A stretch of DNA of 64,000 nt from Schizosaccharomyces osmophilus (lineage: Eukaryota). This document shows positions 35,884-47,844 of this stretch, piece by piece; the stretch's first letter is position 1, and each line of letters begins with the position of its first letter. The DNA is taken from positions 186,001 through 250,000 of the forward strand of contig NC_079239.1 of NCBI RefSeq assembly GCF_027921745.1, given 5' to 3'. Both the position numbers and the translations under genes were made by a program. The notes beneath the pieces are model-generated. The model was given only the letters and a program-made list of their open reading frames with translations, made no database searches and was not told the origin of the DNA.

Positions 35884-36647
35884 ATGAAGAAGGCAAACGA
35901 GTCAGTTCCATGTTCTTTATTTCTTTCTGTACTACCTTTTTCTAAAAAAGTAGGTTGACCAAAGCTGAGAATACATCAAAGAACATTGTTGACACTCTTT
36001 TTTTTTTATCCCTTTTCTTTTCACCTCAAAAGAAACAAACTCATTTACCCCTTTTTGATTTCTCTTATATCACAACATTTTCAATCATACGCAGCTGCTT
36101 CTATTGACATATCAATGTCTATGCCGATACACCAATGTTCCTTTCGACAAGGTTCTTTTTTTAATACGTGGATGATGAAACCCATCAAGGGATCTGGTGT
36201 ACTTGAAATATGAAAGTAAGTACAGTTAATTCGGATTTTTATCTTTCTTCTCTTCATTTCATTTTCTAATCGATCTCTTTTTTATAAAGTGCATCTTATT
36301 TCAACGCTTCTCTTGATGAATAGGTCTGGTATCGAACATCATCGTTGTCTACCATTCCAATCCACTGACAGCTGCACTTGCGTTTCACCCTCTATGAACC
36401 GGCTGTATCATCTGTATATTCTTTCGTTTATAGTTTTTACTAATCATACATATTGTTGTCTACATATCTTCAAGGTGATAATATCGTCTTAAGTTTATGA
36501 TATTACTGCTGTGCTAATGATTGAGGGAAGCCAAATGGCGATTCTCGCTTTTAAATGTGTTTTTACATTTAGTTTATGTCATGAATGCAATTACACTAGA
36601 ACTTACTTGCCGTGTCGTGAAATTGCACGTAGAGCAGAAATTATGCT

Positions 36648-36699
36648 TTACGTCAGTTCACTCGCATTGATGCAATGTTTCCAAAGCGTATATATATAG
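36648..36699 (+). promoter_or_regulatory. CRE (Atf1/Pcr1-type) site followed by TATA box upstream of ish1
   Basis: TTACGTCA at 36648-36655, then TATATATATA at about 36689-36698. ish1 is known as a stress-induced, Atf1-dependent gene in S. pombe. Confidence 0.6.
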
Positions 36700-37130
36700 A
36701 CACATATGAAGTAGAGCGTAGTAAATTTGTAACCAAATACACAGTTCGAGAATTTGTTAGCTTTTAATCGCATTAGCTATTGTCGAGTCGCTCTAACTTA
36801 TTTGAAGATATTGGGTTAAGTCTTCTTGTCGCTTGCGTAATATTTCCAGTAATTACTTTTTCTTATAATAAGGAATTTTTGAAATTGAGGTTAGCACCTG
36901 GCTTATTATTTGCTGCTTTCTGTGTTAATTCAAGCTTGCCATATTTATTATACCTTTATAAAAAAGAAAGATATTGTGCTAGTTCTCTTTGAAATTCCAA
37001 AATTTGATTGAGGTCTCAAACTAGTCCATTTATTCGTCATTTCCACATTTTGTTTTTACTGTTACTGTTACTATTTCGTTCTGTTTTTTTTTTTATTCTC
37101 CTCTATTCTCTTTTTGCTTGATTTCGCAAT

Positions 37131-39167
37131 ATGCGGGTTCAGCAATTATTTTTAATAAGCACCCTTGCGGCTTTTGGAATTTATTCTAGCTTTTATGGGT
37201 TTTCCACATACAAAAAGCAGGATGTTTCTGCAATAAAAACTTGGCTTGACGAACATTCTGTCCCATACGGCACACGATCCACTCCTGTCGAGTTTAGGGA
37301 CTTTCTGGTTGAACATTATGAGTCACTGATCCCAAGATTTAAAGAAGCGACCGGTCTCGAGTCATCCAGCTGGCTCGGTAAAAAGACCAATCCTTATTTT
37401 GCCACTGCCAAGCAAAAGGTGAATAAAGCTAGTCAACATATAGGAAACGTCGCTTCTGGTGCTAAAGGCACTACCTCTGATGTATGGGAAGAACAAAAAT
37501 CTCGCTTTTTTGATGCTTGGAATGACTCCCAGCTTCGTGCATTTTTAGCTCGTTACAGTGAAGCATTTGCTCCCGTCGAGAAAAAACATTTGCTTGATAA
37601 GCTATCTCCTTCTTCTCTTCGTAAACTGGCCGTGAAGGAATATACGATGCTGGTAAGTAAGCTAGGCGAAACTGGTGATTGGGTGTACGACACCTGGTCA
37701 GATAATGAGCTTCGCACTTGGCTTCACGATATGGGAGTTCCAATCCAGGCTCATGAAACCCGTCCCCATATCCTCAGCAAGGTAAAAGAAACAATGGTTG
37801 AAAAGTTGGAGTCTGGTAAGCCTGTCGTTGACTCCATCAAGAAGGATGCAACGAAGAAAACTGACAAAACTGGTAAATATGTTGACGATGCTAGTAAAAA
37901 GGCCGAAGATTATGCAGAATATGCTTCTGAGAAGCTTACCGAGACCGGAGAAAACATTGGTGATAACTTACAAAAGAAGGCTGATAAGCTTCACGAAGCT
38001 TCCAAGGATAAAGGCCGCATAGCTACCTGGTGGTCTGAATCTGGACTAAAAGCATATTTGGACGCTCGAGGCATTAATATCTACCAACCGTCTGCTCTTG
38101 ACAAATTATGGGCATCGGCTCGTCGCCAATACTACCTTAAGACGAACGGCTACGAAACTTTGAAAGCCTCAGTAAAAGAGCACGTATCTTCTGTCACTGA
38201 CAGTGCTTCCGGTATGGCTTCCGATGCGGCTTCAGATGCTTCAACCGCAGCGACCGATGCATATCACGCTGCTACCACAAATGCTAATCAACTTAACGAT
38301 GAAATCAAGCATGCAAAAAGTTCAAATGCACGTGATTTCTCTACCAAAACCAAGGATTTGAAACACAAGGCTTCCGATGCTGCTTCTTACGCCTCTGATA
38401 AACTTGATCAAGGCTCCGAAAAGGTTAAAGCCCAAAAAGAAGCTGCTTCTTCAAAAGCTCGCGATTTGATTGACGAAACTGTGCTTGAAAAATGGCAGGA
38501 ATCCAAACTCCGCGAGTTCCTTTATTTACGTGGTGTACCTGTCCCGAAAAAGAGCAACAAGCAAAAATTGATAGACATCGTTCGTAAACATTTCAACAAA
38601 GGAACGATTCCTCATTGGGCGGTACATTTTAACACACTTAGTTCAAAGGAATTAAGTAATTGGATTCAGGATTTCAAAAAGTACTATCACGGCAAGCTCC
38701 ATCCTTCTAAAAATCGCGAGCATTTGGTTCAAAATGCGTGCAACATCTATCGTTCCCTAAAGAATCAAGGAAATAAATCTATTCTTAAGAAAGCCGAAAA
38801 GAAGTTTTCAGAGGCGTCCCTTCCTGATTACACTGGCTGGTCCAATGAGGATATAAAGTCTGCTTTGTCTGAATATGGAGAGGCAATCGGAAAACCTTTC
38901 CACCGTCAGGATGCAGTTGAAAAGTTGAAGCATCATGACTTGCTGTTTTACGGACCTATCCCCGGTAAAAAACAAGCCCAAGGTGTATTTGGATTTTTGC
39001 AACGTGTAGGTAGCTTTATCGGATTTGGAAAGCGTACTACTCCCGAAGAACAGCTTGAAGCGGACTATGACAACGTGAAAAAGAATATCCCGAAAGTAGC
39101 ATCTAAATACGCTACATCCGCTTCAGATTATGTGGAATCGAATGCCAAAAAGGTCCAAATGGCTTAA
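37131..39167 (+). CDS. ish1: Nuclear-envelope stress protein Ish1 (Ish1 repeats, LEA-like region)
   Basis: N-terminal hydrophobic segment; repeated W(S/N)xxxLxxxL modules (WNDSQLRAFL, WSDNELRTWL, WSESGLKAYL, WQESKLREFL); Ala/Ser/Asp-rich LEA-like stretch. Confidence 0.9.
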   Translation: MRVQQLFLISTLAAFGIYSSFYGFSTYKKQDVSAIKTWLDEHSVPYGTRSTPVEFRDFLVEHYESLIPRFKEATGLESSSWLGKKTNPYFATAKQKVNKASQHIGNVASGAKGTTSDVWEEQKSRFFDAWNDSQLRAFLARYSEAFAPVEKKHLLDKLSPSSLRKLAVKEYTMLVSKLGETGDWVYDTWSDNELRTWLHDMGVPIQAHETRPHILSKVKETMVEKLESGKPVVDSIKKDATKKTDKTGKYVDDASKKAEDYAEYASEKLTETGENIGDNLQKKADKLHEASKDKGRIATWWSESGLKAYLDARGINIYQPSALDKLWASARRQYYLKTNGYETLKASVKEHVSSVTDSASGMASDAASDASTAATDAYHAATTNANQLNDEIKHAKSSNARDFSTKTKDLKHKASDAASYASDKLDQGSEKVKAQKEAASSKARDLIDETVLEKWQESKLREFLYLRGVPVPKKSNKQKLIDIVRKHFNKGTIPHWAVHFNTLSSKELSNWIQDFKKYYHGKLHPSKNREHLVQNACNIYRSLKNQGNKSILKKAEKKFSEASLPDYTGWSNEDIKSALSEYGEAIGKPFHRQDAVEKLKHHDLLFYGPIPGKKQAQGVFGFLQRVGSFIGFGKRTTPEEQLEADYDNVKKNIPKVASKYATSASDYVESNAKKVQMA

Positions 39168-39375
39168 TTAGTTTTATCCAGAATTCAAGGTAACCATGCT
39201 TTTTGTTAAGTGTTTATTTTATGATATATAATGAGTTAATATATATAAAAATATAAGTTTTGGCCTGATTTAAACAAATTCATCTGTAGAATTTTACTTT
39301 AAACGAAATTGATTTTATATAAACAAAGGCAGTGAAATAAAGCCAAGAAACAGTAGGTACATTGATTAAGCGTTA

Positions 39376-40158
39376 TTAATTGATACATTTCAAAAGTATC
39401 TGCTGATGAATTTCATCTAAATCCAAAGCGATCGCTAAAATAGGCAGAATCTGTTCACGGTGTTCTTGATTCTCCAAAAATTGAATCAGAACATTCCTTA
39501 CATATTCTTTGTCAATAACATCTTTCGAGAGACCATTTGATATATTTGCTTCATTCGCATTGAAATGTACGTTTGGTGTAATCTCATTGCTTTTAACTTC
39601 CGAAATTTGCACGGGAGTCTCATCTTTTCTTTCCAAATCTTTCATTTTTTGTTTTAATTCTTTTATTTCGTCACGAGAATCTACCAGCTCGTTTCCCACG
39701 TTTCGTAACATGTCTTGTAAGTTTTGGTTCTCCTCCTGAATCCTAGATTTTTCGTCCGAATTAACATCGTCAACATCTTTCAAGTCTTTAACTTCTTTTT
39801 TCAAATTATCCATTTCTCTTGACATAAGACCTTTTAATTCATCAGCTTCTACATTATTGCGTTGCGTTTCTTCAAGTGCGCTTCTCAGAGCATCAGTTTC
39901 ACCGACAAGATCCCTGTTTCTTAACTGTAGCTCTGAAACTAAAGAATCATTCTCTTTTTTCTGATCTGCTGAAGCTCCATTCTCTGGGTGCTCACCATTG
40001 GCTTCGGTAGTCACTGTTTTCTTCTTCTTTTTGTTTTTCTTCTTCTTCTTCGACGAAGAGCTGACTGAGGGTGGAGTCGAGACTGTAAAATTTTCTTTTA
40101 AATCTTTTTCATGGTTCTCCCGCTCTAAATCATTGTTGACTGCTAAGGACGTAGCCAT
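39376..40158 (-). CDS. GRIP-domain coiled-coil (golgin-like) protein
   Basis: Start at ATG 40158 (MATSL); poly-Lys N-terminal patch; coiled coil; C-terminal GRIP motif DKEYVRNVLIQFLE...ILPILAIAL. Confidence 0.8.
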   Translation of the reverse strand: MATSLAVNNDLERENHEKDLKENFTVSTPPSVSSSSKKKKKNKKKKKTVTTEANGEHPENGASADQKKENDSLVSELQLRNRDLVGETDALRSALEETQRNNVEADELKGLMSREMDNLKKEVKDLKDVDDVNSDEKSRIQEENQNLQDMLRNVGNELVDSRDEIKELKQKMKDLERKDETPVQISEVKSNEITPNVHFNANEANISNGLSKDVIDKEYVRNVLIQFLENQEHREQILPILAIALDLDEIHQQILLKCIN

Positions 40159-40440
40159 TGTAGTATGTAGTTTATAGTAGTGACCAGGAAGTTTCACTTC
40201 AAGAAGTGCCTATTCAGCAGAAGTTTCCAATATGCGCGAACCTTCAAACTTACTTCTTACTATTTTGTTTTTGTTTACACTTTCATTAAAAAAAATAAAC
40301 ACAACTATAAGTCGGAGGTAGAGTTATTTTTAGTAAAATAGGTTTCTTACAAGAATCCCGTTTATGTAGATATTTAATAAATTCTATCATAATTCTATGT
40401 AATATATATCTTTTCATTCATGAGAGTATTTGAATCACAA

Positions 40441-42781
40441 TTAAGGAAGAGGATTACCAAATGCATGCTCTTTCAGGTAATCAGGTCCTTTCTCTTGATA
40501 CTCAGCTCGAGATATAGAAATATTCTTGAACTCTTCAGTAACACTCCATTCAGAGGCTCCTTTCCATGCATCCAGCAAAGGATCGGATGCACTGTACACA
40601 TTCAATTGAGAACCAACCGGTAATACACTCATTAACTCATTTTCAACGCGCTTAACAATTCCAGGAAATTTTGAAAGTCCTCCAGTTACAACAATGTTTT
40701 TTATAAGCTTGTCCCGTTCTTCCGTACTATGTCTTTGCAAAATGCCGCGAATGATCTCAACAATTCCAGCTTGATCTAAGCCGACAATACTCGGAGTGAA
40801 AAGAACTTCTGGAACTCGCAAGCGTTCAACGTTAAAGTGAAGCTGGAATGAATGAGCAACGCTTTCCGGATCAAAAGGACTGACTCCTCGTGTGAATGCA
40901 TAGAGTAAAGTACTTTTGGGGTCGTTAAGAGCATCGTATGTATTTTCCGGGCGAAATAAAGGATCGTACTCCAATTGTTGTTTTTCTAATGCATAAATTT
41001 CCTCCACAAAACGTTTTCCTTCATCTTCTAACTGCTCGGCGTTCAAAACATCATGGTAAACTTTCCAATCTTCATCACTAGCACCAAAAGTATCTTCTGA
41101 TTGTCCTTTTCGTCTTTTTTTTTGAACGGGTTCGCTAGCTAATGTAGCAAGACTTTTCATTCTCATTTGTGAAGTGTGCGACTTACGATCGTTGAGCTCA
41201 GATTTCAGTCTTCGATTTTCCTGAATTTTGTCCAAAAGATGTTTATGCAATTCACGCTTTTGCTTGACCCAAACCGAAAAACTTTCCTTTCGTAGCTGTT
41301 CGTCAGCTTCCTGTTTTTCGTGTAAAACAGCCTCCTCGATTGCTCTATCAGCTTTTGCACGCATCCTGGCATCATAATTTGCCTTTAAGAGTTTCTGATT
41401 TCGTTTTTGACGAAGCCCAGCTTCATCTAAATCAGAATCCGGGACATTCACCAAGGGGAATGCTTGCTCTACATCAACATCTGCAAGATCAGCTTCAGGA
41501 TCCTCTTGTTGATGCTGATGTTGACGTAAAGCATCCCTCTCGGCCCTACGAATTCTAGACTGCACGTTCTTCAATTGAGCCTTCAACTGAGCTTCATCGG
41601 AAAACCCAGCTTCTTGTAACACCTTTTGATAGTCTCGTTTTGAAAGGACACTGCTTTGCTCTTGTAAGCGCCGAAGCGTATTGAGTTCTTTCTCCCGCTC
41701 AGCAGCTTTTTCCTTTCTTTTAATTGCAGCTTGCGCTTGGAGTCGTCGTCCACTTTCTCTCTTTCTTTCAGCAATTTGGTTAAGTTCCTCCTGAGATTTT
41801 TCTTGAGCTACTGCTTCCGCGTAAGGAAATTGCAAAACAACGTCCTCTCGAGACAGAACGTCCTTGTCCAGTACACGAGAGACCTCGGCATTATAATCCG
41901 GAGATATATGGCAATAATCATGCATTAATAATTGAGCTTGAGAAGGAAGCATCTTTATTGGGAAAAATGGATATTTCATTTGGAAAAGACGGAGCAAGTA
42001 GGATGATGAGGAAGCACCACCCCATGAGACACGTTTGGCTTCATGAGCAAGTTTCTGGCCGTCCAAGATAGGTAAAACATGAGAAGTTGAATGCCCGAGG
42101 TTTAGAGCTACACCACTAGAGTCTTTACCAGCATTATGATAAAAGGAAAAAAGGCCGTCGACACCATATGCAACCGAAGGAACTTGATATAACTCAAATA
42201 GTAGCTCAGTCATTGTGGAGCGGCTATATGCCGGGTTCATGAAAGGTTCAGTCATACAAACAGGATGATCTTGATGTTCAATTCCAAGTTTCAAAAAAGT
42301 GTAATCAAGTACACTTTCCATAACGTCCCAATTATTGATAACATTTTGCTCAAAAGGGGATCGTGCTATCGAACGGGCACCAACTTCAATCAAAGTATCG
42401 TTTCCCACAAGTGTGGAAGTTCTGGAAAGCTTTCTGTCTCTGTATCTAGACATGAGATTGTCGAATTGCAGCCGAGGTTCCTTTTCTCCACCCCATCCAG
42501 CACGAAGTTGCCAGGATCCTATAAACTGTTTTAGTATCAATCAATAATGAAATGTTTAACAATTGAGGGCAAATGATGTCCCATTTCTTCGGAAAAAGGT
42601 TCGTCCAAACTGATACTTTCTTTCTAAAAGAATAATCAAAGGGGTCTTTTCAATTGCACACATGAAGCTCCTATGACTTACCATTGTCAATCACTATGGG
42701 GATTTCGCTAGATACATTACTGAACGTTGGCGTATGTCCAGGAAATGTAGGATCACGAATAGTATGAAATATTCCAGTCAT
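40441..42781 (-). CDS. arp5: INO80 complex actin-related protein Arp5, 2 exons
   Basis: Exons 42781-42682 and 42518-40441 (intron GTAAGT..TAG) restore the actin-fold motif IVIDNGSWQLRAGW; ERLRVPEVLF; 725 aa. Confidence 0.93.
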
Positions 42782-43526
42782 TTTGGAAAATATGAGCAAA
42801 AACGTTATAGGAAGGATGCAAACTTGTATCTAAGAGATAAAAAACCGAATTCATCCACTAGACCTTTGAGACATTACCAGCTATAGTAACTCTCAAAAGG
42901 AATTTAATCAAAGGCTCAATTAAATGGCAAAGCTCAATAAAGTAATCGACTAGTTCAACAATATACTTTTGCCCAGCTATTGGGTATAGAAGTAAGAACA
43001 AAACTGTTCGTTCGTTTATAAAGCAATCTGCTTATGTAATTTCCAAAATAAGTTTTAACCAGGAAATCAAAGAAAACAGAGAGTCGGGCAACGATTTTGG
43101 TGTGTAAATCAGATGAATATAGAAAAAGTGCAGGTGCTATGACTGACAAGCCGAAAAACTAAAGCACACGATTTAAATAATAGAAGTAAATACTAGTAGT
43201 TAAAAATGTCGGGGATCTTGTAATGCAACGCTGGTTTTAGATAAATGCACTTCGTTGGTGAGAAAAATCAACTTCTCGAATTCCAAGCACATTAGTTACC
43301 ACTTGCCATTCTTCTCACTTGTGACAACAAGGAGTAATTTGGCTATTCATAAATACTTTAGGGATTTGAAAACGCATAAAAAAAATTTAGTGGGCTTTTT
43401 TTAACAGAATAAAGCCGACAATTAAGGATTCTTTGTTTTATACGCTCAAGAAGTTGTTTTGCCAGTAATTGATTTACAACAAGGTTCATCATTAAAATCT
43501 AAGTATTTAAAGCCTTAAAAACTATC

Positions 43527-44456
43527 ATGGGACGAGCTGAAGCTGGTACTCCAAAGGCCATATCAAACGCTTTAAAGAGCAAAGGATTGCAGCGTTTACG
43601 CTGGTATTGTACTGCTTGCCAGAAACAAATGAGAGATGAAAATGGATTCAAATGCCATACGCAAAGTGAAGGACATATCCGAAGAATGTCTCTCATTGCT
43701 GAGAATCCTGGTAAACACATCCAAGATTTTTCCAATCAATTTTTGCAGGATTTCGTTTCGCTCCTTCGAACGGCTCACGGGGAAAAGAAAGTTCAATTTA
43801 ATAAATTTTATCAAGAATACATTCGAGATAAGAATCACGTGCATATGAACGCGACTCGCTGGCATACTCTGTCAGAGTTCTGCAAGTTTTTGGGCCGGCA
43901 GAGCATTTGCCGTGTGGAAGAAACGGAAAAGGGCTTTTTTATTTCTTACATTGATAAGAACCCTGAATCCCTTCGTCGATCTGAAGCGAACCGTAAAAGA
44001 GAACTCCAAGAAAAATCAGAGGGAGAGACTCATTTACGGTTACTAAATGAACAAATTCAAAGAGCAAAGGAAGCTTACACTAGGCAACATGAAGAAGAAG
44101 AGAAGCAGCCCGTAAGTCATGAACTACAGCGACCTGAAAATCAAGGCGTTCATTTGCAGTTGTCTTCAACTCATCCATCGACGAATGAAAAGCCCTCTTT
44201 AAGCAGTGGCTCCTCTTCTGTTGCTCCCAATTTAAAGGCTCCTACAATTCCATCGTCTAAACCACTCTTTTCAGTGCCTTCTAAGCCAAGGTCGAAGAAC
44301 GTGTTTGCTACGTTGAACAAATTTCAAAAAAAGACACCAGAGTCACCTGAAAATACTCCCAAAAAAGATAACAATTCCAAACGTCCTCGTTCAGCAATGG
44401 AGGAAATTATCATGCAAGAGACTGCACGAGAGAAGCGAAAACATGTGTCTACCTAG
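43527..44456 (+). CDS. KIN17/Rts2-like zinc-finger protein
   Basis: GLQRLRWYCTACQKQMRDENGFKCHTQSEGH zinc finger; Kin17 mid domain HVHMNATRW. Confidence 0.92.
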   Translation: MGRAEAGTPKAISNALKSKGLQRLRWYCTACQKQMRDENGFKCHTQSEGHIRRMSLIAENPGKHIQDFSNQFLQDFVSLLRTAHGEKKVQFNKFYQEYIRDKNHVHMNATRWHTLSEFCKFLGRQSICRVEETEKGFFISYIDKNPESLRRSEANRKRELQEKSEGETHLRLLNEQIQRAKEAYTRQHEEEEKQPVSHELQRPENQGVHLQLSSTHPSTNEKPSLSSGSSSVAPNLKAPTIPSSKPLFSVPSKPRSKNVFATLNKFQKKTPESPENTPKKDNNSKRPRSAMEEIIMQETAREKRKHVST

Positions 44457-44779
44457 GGCTTTAAATTGTTCGTTGTTTGCAAGTGGTGCTTGGGATTCAT
44501 ATTTATTCTTTAACTTAATGTATAGTAGTTACTGAGTGTTGTAATGATAATTTATGTTAGTATATTGGTTAGAAAAATCGAGTATAATGTTCTGTATGAC
44601 ATGTGTAATGTGGAGTATTAGAAGGAAAGAGAATTGTTTGTGTTTTAGTTATGAAAGAGATCGATTGATTAATAGTATTTGAATTTTTCGTAATAAATTG
44701 TATCCATCGACTGCTTGTAACTCAGATGATAACCAAGTTCAACGAACGCTCTATTTACTCGTGAACCAACAATTCAAAA

Positions 44780-45574
44780 ATGGCATCCGAATTTACAAAT
44801 CAGGTCCAACAGCTTCTAGAAAGAATCCCTCCAGTGACCAGATATGGAATGTATACCATGTCTACAATTACAGTGCTGTATTTGTGTCAACTTTTATCAC
44901 CGCATACATATGTTTTAGACTTCGATTCTGTATTTAAGAAGCGTGAGGTTTATAGACTCATCAGTAACTTTTTCTTTATCGGAAGCGGGCTTAGTTTTAT
45001 TTTTAATTTGTTTTTCTGTACGTTTACCAGCTCCCTGGGATTATTTTTTTGAATTTGTTGCTAACGGGGATTACTTTAGTTTACCAGCATGGATCGTTTC
45101 TTGAAAGCCATGTACATCAAAGAAATACAAAGAGCTACTTGTACTATTTATTAAAAATAGTTCTCGTCATAGACGTAAGCATATGACAGAGTCAGTCTGC
45201 TGTTTAGCATCTTACTAACATCTTTAATTAAGGTATTTAGCTTGTTTTCTGGAATAGGTTCAGCTCTCTTCTCTTCTCTTTCTTGTGCGATGGCATATAC
45301 ATGGTCTTTGTACAATGCCCATCAGAAAGTGCAAGTGTTTTTCTTATTCCAGCTTCCAGGAAAATATTTGCCCTATTCCTTACTTGGTATGAGCTTTTTA
45401 ATGGGCGGCCCAGCTGCCTTAATTGAATCTGGGTTTGGTTTGCTAGCTGGTTTCCTTGTTTCTAAGCTAGATTCTCATCAACCATTTACAGGGTTTTCTT
45501 CTTTTGCGCCCAGTTCTACAGTTAAGAAATCTTCAGCTGCTTTTAAGGGTCGTGGACAGAGACTCGGAAGCTGA
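44780..45574 (+). CDS. dfm1: Derlin (Dfm1-type) ERAD membrane protein, 3 exons
   Basis: Exons 44780-45017, 45080-45174 and 45233-45574 (introns GTACGT..CTAAC..TAG and GTAAGC..CTAAC..AAG). IPPVTR, YRL and KYLPY motifs; C-terminal Cdc48-binding SHP box FKGRGQRLG; 224 aa. Confidence 0.82.
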
Positions 45575-45932
45575 AAAAGAGCTTATAAAAGAGCCACATG
45601 CCGCCGTTTAACATATAATGAAAACGAACCAATGTATTTGTGATGCTGATGAATATTAATTTACCAACCTTTAATGCTATAGAGCACTTCCGGTAATAGT
45701 TTTAAAAATCTCAACTACGCTGTAGGGTTTTGAGACTATTTACGAATCTAGTTAGTCAATGCAGTAAACACCTGAAATTAGTAAAAAGGTATTATTCTTA
45801 AAAGATATTAAATATAATGTTTAAATATGTAGTTGCTTTGGTTGCCAATTCCAACGAGTTCTCGTTGTTGACAAGGAACCTTTCATTCTTTTTCCTAGAG
45901 CCAATTGAGGTCTCCCAAGACTAAATTCCATT

Positions 45933-47573
45933 ATGGAAGGCTCAAGATGGGGAGATTTTTTCAAAAAGACATTGACAAACGTCGAATCAAGTCTTGACAA
46001 AGTCTTAGAAGTACCAAGTCATGAAGGAGGAAGTCCTAATGCACCAAAATCAAAGGACGATGTTATTCGGAAGTTGGTTGAAGAGGGACAAGCTCTATCC
46101 AAACATGAATTAAAGTTGAGTAATACAGTAAAAACTTTAAGGAAAAATTTGGATGAAACCGAATCCAAATTGAAGAAACTGGAAGACGGAAAGCCAACAG
46201 AGAAGTCCAGTACAACTGACAATTCGGAAATAAGCGTTCAAGAACGGCTGGAATCTGTAAAAAAAGATTATGAAAATCGAATTACTCTTCTTGAAAAAGA
46301 AAATGAGTTACTAAAGCGAAAGGTTGAAGAAGCTACAGTCGATAGTATGGAAGTTGTTCGTTTGACTCGTCAAGTTGAGACGTTATCGACTCAACAGTCT
46401 ATTCAAAAAAACCAATGGCTTCGTTCTGAAGAGAAACTCAAAGCTGAAATAGCACATTTGAGTGGACAATGTCGTATATTCACTCAGCATACTCAAGTCG
46501 CTCAGGAAAATTATAAAGCTGCCAGTAATATGGTTTCTGAGTTTACACAGAGAGAAGAAGATTACAAAAAACAATTGGAATCCCAAAAGGACGAAATCGA
46601 AAAGTTATTGAAGTTTAATACTGATATTCGACAAGAATATCATGCAAAAACTCAACTATTACAAGAACCATTAGAATCCAATGCAGTTGCAGCACTCGCT
46701 AAGACATTCCCGAATACAATTGATACCCTTGATACAAAAAATGTCAATGACAATGTTGAATTTTATGCTAACAATAATGATGATAATGAACATACTCCTA
46801 CGAATGCCTCTAAACCCAATTTGGCAAATAACATAAATGCCATCGATAAGTATGAGCAGAATGTTGATTCCGGTTCAGATATGCATACAAGCTCATCAAG
46901 CTCAAATCGACCACCGCCCTTAAAGCTGAAGGGGGAGAACTACAATGAAGAAAACGGGGTGTACTCAGAAGATGACTTTAGTCAAGATTCAGAAGTTACC
47001 AAGCAAGAAGTTTTGGAAAATTACTTGAATACGCTTGCGATTTCACCCACAGAACCAAAAGCACCTCGACTGCCGCGGACAGCGTCAGAAGGGAAGAGAA
47101 TGGGAAGACAGACCTCATCAAGGTTTACTTCCATGAATAGCATGGTTATGTCTCCTATGTCAGCCTCACATGACTTTGATACTTTATCTTCTCTTTCGTA
47201 TACGCCAAGTACTGCTGAAAAACCGATTAGCAACACTGGTCCAGATATGAGTCTTCTGGAACAACTATCGTCAACGATTCGCCGCTTAGAGGCGGAATTA
47301 CAGACTACGAAACAGCAGGTTGTACAGCTTATAAATCAACGCGACCAAGCGCGTCAAGAAATAGTAAATTCGTATGTGGATAAAGAAACGAAAGATACCT
47401 CAGAACGAGAACTTACTGAGCTACGTGAGCAATACAGCATTCTTCAAAAACAGCACACAGAAGCCCAAAGTATTTTAAGGAAACGAGGCGACCGTGTCTT
47501 TGAACTCGAATTAGATATAAAAGAGATGCGCCAGCTTTACCAAAGTCAAATCGATCTCTTGGCCAGAAATTGA
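45933..47573 (+). CDS. tmf1: TMF1/Sgm1-like golgin coiled-coil protein
   Basis: N-terminal NVESSLDKVL; LVEEGQALSKHE; C-terminal TMF domain LSSTIRRLEAE...ELELDIKEMRQLYQSQI. Confidence 0.82.
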   Translation: MEGSRWGDFFKKTLTNVESSLDKVLEVPSHEGGSPNAPKSKDDVIRKLVEEGQALSKHELKLSNTVKTLRKNLDETESKLKKLEDGKPTEKSSTTDNSEISVQERLESVKKDYENRITLLEKENELLKRKVEEATVDSMEVVRLTRQVETLSTQQSIQKNQWLRSEEKLKAEIAHLSGQCRIFTQHTQVAQENYKAASNMVSEFTQREEDYKKQLESQKDEIEKLLKFNTDIRQEYHAKTQLLQEPLESNAVAALAKTFPNTIDTLDTKNVNDNVEFYANNNDDNEHTPTNASKPNLANNINAIDKYEQNVDSGSDMHTSSSSSNRPPPLKLKGENYNEENGVYSEDDFSQDSEVTKQEVLENYLNTLAISPTEPKAPRLPRTASEGKRMGRQTSSRFTSMNSMVMSPMSASHDFDTLSSLSYTPSTAEKPISNTGPDMSLLEQLSSTIRRLEAELQTTKQQVVQLINQRDQARQEIVNSYVDKETKDTSERELTELREQYSILQKQHTEAQSILRKRGDRVFELELDIKEMRQLYQSQIDLLARN

Positions 47574-47844
47574 ACCAATGCATATATTTGCAAAAAGAAT
47601 TCGTACTTATTAATTTGCAAGTATAATTCATATTGTGGTTGAAACAAAAATGTAAAGAATCTAAAATCGTCATTTTATTAAACAATTCTTCCTTAGAGCA
47701 TGGGTGCATTATCATATATGACCTTGCGAAACCCAGATCAATGCACCGTAGTATGTAAAAAGGCCGGATCATCTCATCCCAGTTATTTATATTTTCGTCA
47801 CGACCAAGCAAAGGTTATGATCAGTGCTGCTTCGGTGTTTCGAC

